Source: Octopus sinensis (lineage: Eukaryota). From it: a stretch of 64,000 bases of DNA. The stretch's first letter is position 1. Every line of letters starts with the position of its first letter. The notes under the pieces are model-generated. The model had not been told where the DNA came from. It saw only the letters and a list, made by a program, of their open reading frames with translations, and searched no databases. Of the stretch, positions 12,808 through 26,233 are shown in pieces. The translations under genes were made by a program, and so were the position numbers. The stretch is taken from contig NW_021833065.1 of assembly GCF_006345805.1 (NCBI RefSeq), positions 372,001 through 436,000 on the forward strand, written 5' to 3'.

Positions 12808-13242
12808 GTAATTGAAGAGTTGTTTATAGTTATTATTACATCTGTTCTATAAGCAAGGTGGATTGGCAAAACGCCTTTTGGAATTTTTTCTTGCCCTTTA
12901 TGTTCTGAAATCGAGCCAATGTTAACTTTTGCCTTTTTGTCAGGGGTCACTAAAATATGGTATCAGTCAAGTACTGAGGCCATTGTAATTAACTAATTCC
13001 TTTAATTTTCTCCCTTCAAAATTGCTGGCTTCTTCCTTAATTAGAAATTTTCTTTACTACTATAGTGTATTTCTTCACAGAAGCAATGAACTGGCTTTTG
13101 TAGTTGTTGTGTAGTCCCAGTTCAGTTCTGATCAAACAAACTTAGAGCTTGTAGGTAGTCAGCCAAACTACTACATGCAATCCATATATCTATATATCTC
13201 TTGTTCTACATATACTATGCTACTGCATAATTACAGAAAGCA

Positions 13243-13273
<31 letters not shown>

Positions 13274-16200
13274 GATAGACAGATAGATAGATGTACATGA
13301 ATACATGCACACAATTTGCAAAGACATGGCTGTGTGGTTTAATAAGTTTGCTTCCCAATCATGTGGTTTCAGGTTCAGCTCCACTAAATAACATTTTGGG
13401 CAAGTGACTTCTATTATAGTCCCAGGCTGAGCAAAGCTTTGTGAGTGTATTTGGTAGATGGAAAGTGAAAGAAACCCATTGTATATGTGTGTGGGCATGG
13501 ATATGAAGTAGTATCAAAAGGTTCCAAGACTAGTTAATACATTGGTTCTAGTGTTCCTGCCACTTTTGGAATCTGGCCTGGAAGTCGTTTTCCATAAGTG
13601 AGTCAAGGACCCTCTGCAATTCACTCTGGATCTCAACAATGGTGTTAAAACAGTGACCTTTGAGCTGTTTTTTCATCTTGGGGTAGAAATAAAAGTCACT
13701 GGTGCTAAATCTGGCAAATAGGACAGGTACAGAAACAATACCATGTTAATTTTGGAGAGAAACTCATGAGTGAGGAGAGCTCAGTGAAGAATCCAATTCT
13801 TTGCATTCCACAGTTCCAGTTGCTTTCACCAAATGTTCTCCCTCAAGCACTTCAAAACATCGAGTGATGGTCTGGCCCTGGAGGATGAATTCTCAATGCA
13901 CAATACCACATTTCCAGAGGTGACACTTGTGACAGGTCTTCCAAAGCACTCATTGTCTTCTAAGGATGTTCTTTTGCTTCGGGAGTGCCTGTGCCACTCA
14001 AAACATTACCTTTGCCTTGTCGCCATAAGCTTGCCGAAGCATGTCTGTAGCAGATTTTCCAAGTTTATCACAAAATTTCATGTTGGCTCTTTGTTCCTGT
14101 CCATGACAAAATCACAGACTACAGCATACATGTGATCACAAAACACAAATTTCACAACTTGTGAAGTAAACACAGTGATGTCACTCAGCATACTGTGTCA
14201 TGAAGGTCATTGCTAGCTCTCACTGTGCACGCCACCATGTACTGCCATCTGTTGGCATGCTATGGAACTAGTCCAGGAACTTTTTGATACCACCTTGTAT
14301 ATTTGTTATTTCTTTATTGCCCACAAGAGACAAACAAGGACAGACAAAGAGATTAAGTCGATTACATTGGCCCCAGTGTGTAACTAGTACTTAATTTATC
14401 GACCCCGAAAGGATGAAAGGCAAAGTCGACCTCGGCAGAATTTGAACTCTGAATGTGATGGCAGAAGAAATACCGCTAAGCATTTCGCCCGGCATGCTAA
14501 CGTTTCAGCCAGCTCGCCGCCTTGTATGTTTGTGTGTGTGAGTTAATGTCTCTATGTATTGACATAATGTGATATTTATAAATGAATGTTACTGTGATAG
14601 AAGTAATGCCATTTGTTTCCAGTCTTCCATGAAAATATGTCTCACCACAGGGAAATATTATGTTGCTTGAAAATATGTGAGGATTGGCAATAGGAGTGAT
14701 GTCTAGCAATAGAAAATCTGTCTCAACAAGTTCCATCCTACCCATGTTAGCCAAAAAACAATGTGCATGAAATTAATGAATAGCCGCGGCCTTCGGGCTA
14801 AAACATTTTTAAGGATTTAAGGATGTGTGTGTGTGTGATCATCATACATTTGCTTTCCATGTTGGCATGGGTTGGGCAGTTTGACTGAGATCTGGAGAGC
14901 CAGCAGCTGCACCAGGCCCCAATTTGATCTGGCAATGTTTCTACAGCTGGATGCCCTTTCTAATGCCAACCACTCCGAGAGTGTAGTGGTTGCTTTTTAC
15001 GTGCCACTGGCACAGGAGCCAGTCAGATGGGCTTGGCATTGGCCATAATCGGTTGGTGCTTTTTGTGTGCCACTAGCACAGGAGCCAGTCAGGTGAACCT
15101 GGCATCAACCACATTTGGATAGTACGTTTTACATGCCACCGGCACGGGAGCCAGACAGGAGGCACTGGCCACAGCTACGATATTGGTTTTACTTGACTCA
15201 ACAGGTCTTCTCAACCATATCATATCACCCAAAGCATCAGGGGTATTCTTAACAGGGCTGGACATGTGTGGCTGCAGTCTCACTTTAGTTGCCGGGTCTT
15301 CTCAATCACAGCATATCTCCAAAGGTCTCAGTCTCCTGTCATTGCCTCTGTGAGGCCCAATGTTCGAAGGTCATGCTTCACCACCTCATCCCCTGTCTTC
15401 TTGGGTTTACCTCTTCCAGCTCACCTATCATTTTTGAACACTGTTTATTTGTTTATTTATATTCTTCCATGTTTATGACTATGTATTCATTTCAGTATGT
15501 ACATTAAACAAATTGGTATTTTCTTGTTTACATGAGTTTTAATTACACCTTGCTAACAATTTGAAGCAGTGAAAATTTACGTAGATTTGGTAAATGGCTG
15601 TAATTTCTGTGTTGTTTTACAGAACCTCATGTTTTTATACACACCACATGCATATAAATGTTGCCATCATTCTCTGGAAATTTTGTTGTATTCCAATGAC
15701 TTGTTTTTAAATAAAATTTTTAAATGTTACATCATTAATAATTTGAAACTCAGTGTATATATCTCAGGCATGGCTGTGTGGTCAAGATATTTGCTTCTTA
15801 ACCATTTGGACCTTGGGTGTCTTCTACAATACCCCTGCAACCAAAGCTTTGTGAATGGATTTGGTAGATGGAAATTGAAAGAAGCTTATCATGTGTGTAT
15901 GAATGTGTTTGTGTGTCCTCTTATATAATGTTATAGTTGTAAATGAACATCACTGTCATATAAGCAGTGTCTTTCATTTCCAGTTTTCCATGGAAACTTG
16001 TTTGGCCATGAGAAAATATTACCTTACTTAAAAGTGGGTTTCAGAATGATGATTTGTTTTTCTGTTTTTACTTTTCCTTTTTTCCATGCTGGCATGAATT
16101 GGATAAAACTTGTTGAGACAGTATTCTATGTGTGATATCCTTCTTCCTGTCACCAGCTCTTATTTATCTCCCAGAAAGATACTTATTATCTGGTCTTTCA

Positions 16201-19200
16201 CATGATGAACTGTTTTTAGACAGCAGGAAACACTATCAAGGCATAAATGGAAAGTCGCAAACCACACTCACACATACACATTTATTTATATATAAATATA
16301 TTGAATATTGTTAACAGCAAAACAAAAACAAAAAAATTTAAGGAGAAGTAGTTATGCAGTGGAGCAAAAAGAAAATAATATTCATCAAACTAATGTTATT
16401 TTTTCCTTACCACATAATTATTCTTAATCAAATTTTTAATGCTCACTACATTAAATATGCTACACTACATTGATTATTGTTTTTGTTGATGGTATTTTTA
16501 AGTAGTCAACTTCTCTAATTTCTTTTTAATATGTTAATTTATCCTACTTGCTCGTATACTGATAAGTACAGTGAAGTTTATACTTTATTGAGGAAGTTTA
16601 ATTAGTTCAAAGTATGTTCAGCCCATAATTTCTTAAACAATTAAACTATACAGTCATTGACTAATATTGTCTTTTCCTCAATCCATAGTTATTTCTTAAT
16701 TAGATTTCTAATGTTCATTACATCAAATATAGAAACTCTAAGCTGAAGGCACATGGCTCAGTGGTTAGAGTATCAAGCTTACAATCATAAGGTAGTGAGT
16801 TTGATTCCCAGACCAGGCAGTGTGTTGTGTTTGAGCAAGACACTTTATTTATGTTGCCCCAATTAACCCATCTGTAGAAATGAGTTGTGATATTACTGGT
16901 GCCAAGCTGTATCAACCCTTGTCTTTCCCTTGGATAACATTGCTGGTATGTATGGGCAACTGCTGGTCTTCCATTAACAAATTTGCCCAGACCTGTGCCT
17001 CTGTGGGTAACTTTCTAGGTGCAGTCCCAAGGTCATTCATGACCGAAAGGGGTCTTTACCCTGAGCATCGTAAAATAGAGGTTAGCTTCCAGTGAGCTGT
17101 AAATCAGTTTTGATTCCTGGTGACAGCAATTTATTATCACTTGTGGCAATTGTCTGGTTATTTGTTGCAGAAATATTCTTTGACATTTTATCTATTACAC
17201 ATTGATTTTTACATCCTCTTAACTTCTTCCCCTAGAACTGCATTCCCACCTGGTCCTGGAACCACCACCCCCTTCTCACCATTTCTCTTTCTTTCTTTTT
17301 TTCTTCCCCTTTTCTCACCTGTTTCTGATGAAGGACTGAAACACCTGAAACATCAAAGGCTCTTTCCCTTCCTTTCAAGCATTATACTAATAACACGTTT
17401 GCTAAAACTTGTCCCTCTCGTTTTGTCTTTTTCTTGTTTTTGCTTATTACCTACTATATTATGAACAGATTACAAGAAGAAGTTGCCAAAATACAAAATG
17501 AATGCCGTCAAAAGTCAGAAGAGAACAGACTTTTATATAATAATTTAAGAAGTACACAAGAACAATATCATAAAGGATTACTTGAAAAAAATGAAGAAAT
17601 TACATTGTTACGAACCAAAGTTGTGACACCTCAGCAGATAGAGCTGATCCGTTTGGAGACTTATTCCGAATTAGAGAAGAATTATAAGGAACGGTATCAT
17701 AAACTGGAATTGGAGTTGGAAGAATTTAAGAACTGTTGCAATAGACAACGTTATGAATTGTCATTGCTGGAGAGCAAGTGTGAGCAGCAAGATGTGCAAC
17801 ACAAAAATGCAAACCAGGAATTGAGGAAAAAGTCAGAAGCAGAGGTGATGTACAATTCCTTTTTCTACCATTTAACCCTTTTGTTACCATATTTCTGTTG
17901 AAATACTCTGCCTCTGATAAATTGATTTTAAAAATTAATGACAGTAAAATCATCATTTAACATCCATTTTCCAGGCTGGCATGGGTTGGACAGTTTGGCA
18001 GGAGCTGCCCAGATTCCAGTTTTCTTTTTTTTGCATAGTTTCTACAGCTGGATGCCCTTCCTAATACCAGCCACTTTACAGAGTGTGCTGGGTGCATTTC
18101 TTATGCCACAGGCATGGGTACATCTACATAGCACTGGCATGAGTACATTTTACATGGCACAGGCTTCTGCAAGACAAAAACCTCTCAGTTGGGAGAAGAA
18201 TTGAGAACATGGCCATAAAGGACATGCCTGTGTGTAAGGATATCTTTGTCATTATTAAGCAGGTGTTTGGAACATAAATTAACATGAAATTTTGAAAGAA
18301 GATTTTTATTTAGATCACTTAAAAGCAAGAAGTTTGTACCTTAGAACTAGGGGCAGTCTCAGGCAAGTTGGTATCAAAAGGGTTAATGACCATTTATACT
18401 CCTTTCCTAAATGACTGTGGCCTAGTTCCAATGTAAGAAATCAATAATTATATGGATAAATTATTTAAACTCTTGAGATTTTTGTATGATAAAAAGATGT
18501 CAGAGGAGCATGTTTGACATGGGTGTTATGTCTTGGTTCACTGACATTGGCTTCACTCGTCAAAAATTTTTTGGAGGGTTTTTTTTTGGAAACAATAATT
18601 TGAGATGCTGTTATTGTGAATTTTCCTTTGCCTAGGGAGTTTTTTAAAATGAATATATTTTGTCAGTAAAGAGAATACAGCGACTAAGGAATAGAGACAC
18701 AATATAATGAATACCATTTCATTAGCTGCAAAATGCACTTTGACCCTTTAGTATTTAAAACAGCCTTATCTGGTTCAAATATTCTACTTGTTTTATGTTC
18801 AAACCAGCCATATCCAACCTCTCACACTTGTCCTATAATGTCATTCTAAAAATAAACGATCACATCATTAACATCTTGAAGCTACAAGATAATGCATGAT
18901 TAATACAAAACAATCATCATCATCATTGAATGTCTGTTGTCCATGCTGGCATGGGTTGGATGGTTTGACCAGGACTGGCAAGCTGGAAAGCTGCACCAGA
19001 CTCCAGTCTGATTTAGCAAGGTTTCTACAGCTGGATAGTTTTCCTAATGCCAACCACTCCGAAAGTGCAATGAGTGCTTTTACATTCCACTGGCACAGGT
19101 GCCATTTGCATGACACTGGTATCTTCCATGACTGCGGTTTCGCTCAGCTTGATGGGTCTTCTTCTCAAGCACAACATAATGCCAAAAGTCTCGGTCATTG

Positions 19201-22200
19201 CCACTGTCAGGCTGAACCCTCGAAAGGAGCTCAGCCCTTTGCCTCAGTGAGGCCTAACGCTCGAAAGGTGCTTTTTATGTGCCACCAGCACAATGTGAAT
19301 AAATAAGCATTACATTTGACAGATATAATCTAAATGCTCAAAGGTTAATGCACCAATCCGATTGTGGCCGTTGCCAGCCTTACCTGGCACCTGTGCCGGT
19401 GGCACGTAAAAAGCACCCACTACACTCACGGAGTGGTTGGCGTTAGGAAGGGCATCCAGCTGTAGAAACACTGCCAGATCAGACTGGAGCCTGGTGCAGC
19501 CTTCTGGCTTCCCAGATCCCCGGTCGAACCGTCCAACCCATGCTAGCATGGAGAACGGACGTTAAATGATGATGATGATGAAAGCTTTTTCAAAATACAT
19601 AAGTAGAAAATACGGCATCAGATATAAACAAATTAGCATATTGCCTGCCTACTTCAAAGTTGATGTTAGCTTATTTCATAATTTTGAAAGCTATTCAATT
19701 AAATTTAAGATGGATATCTATTTAGTACATGGACAGCTAAAGCTGATGCCTGCTTGCTTTCTCATGCAGTTTCATATCAAGGCGTTTTAATACAATGTTA
19801 GTAGTATTGAACTGAAAATCTTCTAGAAAACAAGATCAATTTTTACATCAGGCTTAGCTGTGTGGTTAAGAAGCTTACTTCCCAACTGCATGATTCTGGG
19901 TTCAGTTCTACTGCATGGCACCTTGGGCAAGTACCGCTGGGTCAGTCAAAGCTTTGTGATGGTAGACAGAAACTAAAAGAAGTCTGTTTGTGTATGTTTG
20001 TTAGTGTCTTCTTGTTTTGACATCACCTAATTGTTGTAAATGAGTGTCACTGTCATATAGACAGTGTCCTTCATTTCCAATCTTCAATGAAGACATCTGG
20101 TCATGAGGAAATATTGCCTTGCTTACAAACAGGTGAGGGTTGGTAACAAGAAGTATGTCTAACCATAGAAGTTCTGCATCACAAAAATTCTGTCCGACCC
20201 ATGCAAGCAAGAAAAAGTGAACATTAGAATGATGATAATGACGATATTTTCCTTTTTGTGGTAACCAAACAATAACACCTATTTCACATTTAATTACAAC
20301 TCAACCCTTAGCATTCTGATTCCTCTGTCAAAAGTGATGCTTTTTCACATTATTTTGAATAAATTGTGCATTGTCTCATAGCTTCAAGATTCTGATGCTA
20401 TCATCATCATCATCGTTTAGCGTCCGTTTTCCATGCTAGCATGGGTTGGACGGTTCTACTGGGGTCTGTGAAGCCAGAAGGCTTCATCAGGCCCAGTCAA
20501 ATCTGGCAGTGTTTCTACGGCTGGATGCTCTTCCTAACGCCAACCACTCCGTGAGTGTAGTGGGTGCTTTTTACGTGCCACCTGCACAGGTGCCAGACAG
20601 AGCTGGCAAACGGCCACGAACGGATGGTGCTTTTTATGTGCCACCGGCACGAGGGCCAGGCGAAGCTGGCAACGGACACGAAACGGGGCGGTGCTGGCAA
20701 CGGTCGCGAAACAGAAGGTTCTCTTACATGCCACCGGCACTGGTAACACATCTGCAATTTCCATTGATCGATTTCGATTCTGATCCTCACTTGCCTCAAC
20801 GGGTCTTCACAAGTAGAGTTTCGACATGCCACCGGCACTGGTAACACATCTGCAATCTCCATTGATCGATTTCGATTCTGATCCGCACTTGCCTCAATAG
20901 GTCTTCACAAGTAGAGTTTTGTGTGATTGTTTATTTCTAGAATGACATTGTTGAGTAAGTGTGAGAGACTGGATCTGGCTGTTTTGAACATAAGACAATA
21001 TTCGGGCAGCCGGTTTAAATGCTAAAGAGTTAAACATCCAGCTAAAATACTTAATCACACATGTTAAGTTTTTCTCTCGGTTAAACATCCTCTTGTTTCA
21101 ATAACTCTGCTGCGGTTTTTAGTAACTCCTTGCACTTTATTACTTTACAACACTTTAATTACTCCTACAACATTTATTGATAAAATCAATTTCTTTTTTA
21201 ACCTAAAAGGTGAACAACGTAAGAGCTGAAAAAGATCGTCTTCTTGCTCAGCTTCATTCTGAGTCTTCTAAAGATACAGAACAGATTTTTTCATTGAAAA
21301 GAGAAAATGTGACTTTGCAAGAACAACTGAAATCAGCATTGACTGGGCTAGAAGAAGCACAAGCTCTTCGTGAAAAATCTTCCCTTGAGATTGATAGAGT
21401 ATCACGATTGTTAGCAAAAAATGAAGTGGAGCAGAGTGCCAACTTGAAAAAAATTGAAGTAAGTAGTTATCTTTTCTATTATTAAGTTCAAACAGTTAGA
21501 AATTCTAATAATATGGCACTTTGAGGCTTTTGTTATTACTTTTATTTCATTCTAGTTGTAAATATCAAAAATGGAAAGTTTTTTTTTCCTAAATTTGAAA
21601 TTAGGTTGGAGATGAAACTGAAAATATTTTAAAATTAAAACTGATATTGAAACTCAACTAAATTTTTTTTTTTTGTCTTTGAAAAAAATCTCAGTTTTAT
21701 CAGTTTAAAATTTAGATTTGAAAATAATCTTGTAGAAATTTCCCGATTTTTAAATATTCTAATATTTATATTCTGATAATTTTAGTTGATTATTAACTAA
21801 ATAAAATAAGTTATCTTACTTAGATCACAATCATCATCATAATCATTCACATCATGGTGAATTTGGGAGTCCTAACTACTTTTTTGCCCTCCACTATGTA
21901 CCCTCTAAGGTTGTTAAGATTACTGGCTTTAGTGATATCCAAATTACCTCTGGTTAGTTGGTATATTTAAATATATATGTAAATATATGGTGATCTTGTT
22001 TCCTTATTCGTATGAGTCTGCATTACAGCATATCTCTACTCTTGTGAGACTCACACATCTTGTGACATGGCCATAACTTGGTTGATAATTTGTTCCATTA
22101 TCAACACAAGGTTCTTTTCATGCAGCACAAATATTGTAAATATTTCAGCAAATGAATGACTTTAATACTCAGTTACCTCTTTCGTTCACTTGTACTCCAC

Positions 22201-25200
22201 TTTGCTATTAATGTGTCAGCTCCAGACTCTCACTCAACATTGTAAACTTTAGCAATAGGTCATTTGTCAGCAGATACTACTTTCAAGTAAGAAGCTTGTT
22301 AGTGTTATTGAGCTGAAAAGAATTGCTTTCACTTGCTCTTTAGTGATGGTAAATGCAACAGAGGGATAGTAAAAACATTTGAACCTCTTCATCTCTTGTC
22401 ATCATCACTACCCTTCCATCATCACCATCACGATCAATGCCTTTCCCATTGTCACATTCATTTTGAGTTTCATATTAATGACATCTAGGAAACATGAATT
22501 TCTATTTTTCTTTTTTGAAAGGCCTCATGCTAAAGAGTCACTCTGGTGAGCACTAGAACTTTATCATTTTAAATAAAATTTTGAGTTTTCACAATACAGA
22601 AGTAACTACAGAATCATTTTACTTATTCATTGTAATAACCTTATCCCTCTCCTGTAAACTCTCTACTGTTTTCAAAATGTGAACATATTTTAAGTCCTAA
22701 ATCTTACCCCAAAATATGGGATGGCTCAACATTAAAGCACCACTATGGATATGTTATTGGTCTACTCAAGTATACCTGAGTAAAGTTACAATTTCATATC
22801 CCAACGACTTCATACTTCTGATTCCCAATCAGGAATACCTCTCTTATTTTGGAAAATTATGAGTACTAAAGCTTTTCATTTTCCTTCTTGGTTTTGAGTT
22901 CAAATTCCACTGTTATTAACTTAGGATTTCATCAAACTAAAATAAGTACACTAGCATTGAATTACTTTCATTAATTTTTGTTTATTTTTTTCTTATATGT
23001 CTGCTATATATTGCTTTTTGGCCAAGAAGAGTATAATTTGAAACTGATCAATATTGTTGTGATTTAGTTCTTGGCATGTTGGATATTCAACTCACTTCAA
23101 TATAAAATTTCCAAGGAGCAAGTGAAGACATCAATAATAAAAATTTTTTAAAAAGATTAGTTCAAGGTAAATTTTTCTTTTCTTTTAGGTTGAAAAAGAA
23201 ATGCTCACAAAGGAAATTCAGAAATTCCATGAGGAAATGTATGAATGTGAGATCCAACAAACAAAGGTGTCAAACCAAAAACATGAACTGGAACAAGACA
23301 ACATGAACCTCAAGACAAAGCTTGAACAATATATTCAACAGCATAAGTTAGAAATGGGTGAACTTAAGCTAGATTTAACACGACAGATAGGTGATGTGCA
23401 ACGGGAACGTGACAAATTACAAAACACCATTGAAGGTATCCCAGTGAAATTTTTATTTCATTTACTTTTAAATGTAAATCATAGGTTTAGAAGCTTACTT
23501 TGCAACCATGTGGTCTTAGGTTCAGGGCCACTTGGGCAAGTTCTGTTATAGTCTCAGGCCAGCCAATGCCTTGTGAGAGAATTTGGTAGGCAGAAACTAT
23601 GTGAAAGCCAGTCATATATACATGTGTGTGTGTTTCTACCTTCCACTCCACTGTGCCTGACAACTAGTGTTGGTTTGTTTATGTCCCCATAACATCTTCT
23701 CCTTTGAAATAGTCACCTTGTGCAGCAATGCACCGATCCCAGCATTCCTGCCAATTTTGGAATCCGGCCTGGAATTTGTTTTCTGTAAGTGAGTCAAGGA
23801 CCTTCTGCAACTCACTCTGGATCTTGACAACAGTGTTAAAACAGTGACCTTTGAGCTGCCTTTTCATCTTAGGGAAGAGAAGGAAGCCTGCAGGTGCTAA
23901 ATCTGGTGAATAGAGCAGGTGCAGAAGCGATACCCTGTTGCTTTTGGTAAGAAACTCACAAGTGAGGAAAGCTCAATGACAGGGTGCATTGTCATTGTGA
24001 AGAATCCAATTCTTTGCGCCCCACAGAATCAGTCGCTTTCACCGAATGTCTTTCCTCTGAAGCTTCAAGACATCACAGTAGAACTCCCAAATGATGGTCT
24101 GGTCCTGGGGGATGAATTCTCAATGCTCAGTACTGCAGATATAAAAAAAAAAAAACAATGATGACTGTGCTCTTGATTGAGCTGTGATTCTGTTGTGCCT
24201 TTTTCAGTCATGGACATGAAGGGCTCTTCTATTGTGATGACTGCTGCTTCAGCTCCAGGTCGTTCCCATATACCCAACTCTCATCACTGGTGATGATCCT
24301 CGACATGAAGGATGGGTCGTCAGCAGTATGCTGACAGAGATCTTGACAGTTTTCAACATGATGTTCTTTCTGCTCAGTGGACAAATTTGGCAAAGACATG
24401 CTGCATGTTCAATTCAGACATTACAATTGCCTGCACAGACACATACAATAGACTAACAGCATCAACAATGTCATTCATTGTCCTCCAAGTATCCTCATAA
24501 ACAAGCTGATGAATTTCCTCCATATTTCCAGGGGGTGATGCTCGTGACAGGTCTTCCAGTTCACTCATCATCTTCCAGGGATGTTCTTCTGATTTTGAAG
24601 TGCTAGTGCCACTCAAAATATTGTGTATGACGACCCATTACCTCATCGCCATAAGCTTGCCAAAGCATGCTCAATGTTTCTGAAGTAAGGAATTATCATT
24701 CATTGTTTCACTTAAACAAAACCGTGCGATGTGAACATTCATGCATATTTTCACACAGCAAATTTCCTTTCATTTCCATTTATTAAATTCACTCACAAGG
24801 CAGTGGTTGAGCCAGGACTATAGTATAAGACACATGCCCAAGGGACTGAATCTGAAATCGTGTGGTTGCACAAAGCAAACTTCATCCAGCCTGTACAAAC
24901 ATAGAAAGGTAGATGCTAAAAAAAGTGAGGAGGAGGAGGAGGAGGCCATTGCTGCCATGTGGTTTCTAGTCCTTTCCTTTTTTTTTAGAATTTAGGTTAA
25001 ATTTAAAAGTTGCACTATTAAAAAAAAAACAAAGCTTAACTTGGCTGCTTAGAAAAACTGTGACATTTTTAAATAGATTAACTACAATACTTCGCTAGTT
25101 AAATACAAAATGAAACAATTTTTATTTTTCTTCGATCATTTTTATTTCAGATCTAAAAGTTCAGCTGGATGTATCAGAACAGGCAAATAGGCAACATTCT

Positions 25201-26179
25201 CAAAACTTAATGGACAAAAAGAAAGAAATGACCAGACAAGTTCAGCTTGCCAAAGAGAAAGAGATACAGAAACTAAATGAAGTTGAAAATGAAAAGTGAG
25301 ATTATTTTTATATTCATTATTTGACCTGGAATATTAGTATAACCCTTTAGCATTTAAACCAGCCATATCAGGCCCAAATAGTCTATCTGTTTTATGTTCA
25401 AACTGGCTATATGCAGCCTCTCGCATCAACCCTACAATGTCATTCTAAACATAAATAATCACATCATCATCTTGATGCTATAGGATGATACATGATTAAT
25501 TCAAAACAATGTAAATAAATAAGCATTACATTTGACAGAGTAATCTGAATCCTAAAGGGATAATTTTTTTTTTTCTATTTGACAAGACTTAAAGCACAGG
25601 TTGAAAGGCACCAGCAAACTGAATCTGCGACCCTGTTTAATTTGCACTCATATCTATTTCACTTAATCTACTAAACCTTTGGGAAAAGTTTGAATGTTCA
25701 CAATTCTGATTTCCCGTCACTTTAGTCAGCAAAGTTGATCACCCATTCCAAGTCAAATAATGAATGTTTTTTATTTATTAATTACTTATTGATGGACCTC
25801 TCTTATTTGGAAATGTCAAGGTAAATACTGTACTAGATATGAGGTGGATTTGACTGTAGAAGAGACAGGATAAATATGACACTGAACAACCAACCTGTAG
25901 GTCTTGAATTCAAAGCTACAGTTGATATTTCTTTATTTGAGTAGCCTGCTTAATTCTAAATATCATTAATACCTCATCTGAGAATGTCATCTGAGGTGGC
26001 AGGATATCCTAGCCAATTTATCTCTCATCTACTTTATCTCTCACACCTACTTTTCCTTAATGCTATGAAAATAAGCTGAATTTTTTAAAAGCCCTATTAG
26101 CTCAGGAGACATTTTCTTTTCCTTCTTGTCAGATGATTACTATTAATAATATTATGAATCAAGATCTCAGAATAATCTG

Positions 26180-26233
<54 letters not shown>

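Noticed and set aside
16745-16815. tRNA-like sequences at SINE heads (also 39631, 54311, 35797)
   Set aside because: No complete cloverleaf; they continue into SINE bodies and occur as degenerate multi-copy repeats.
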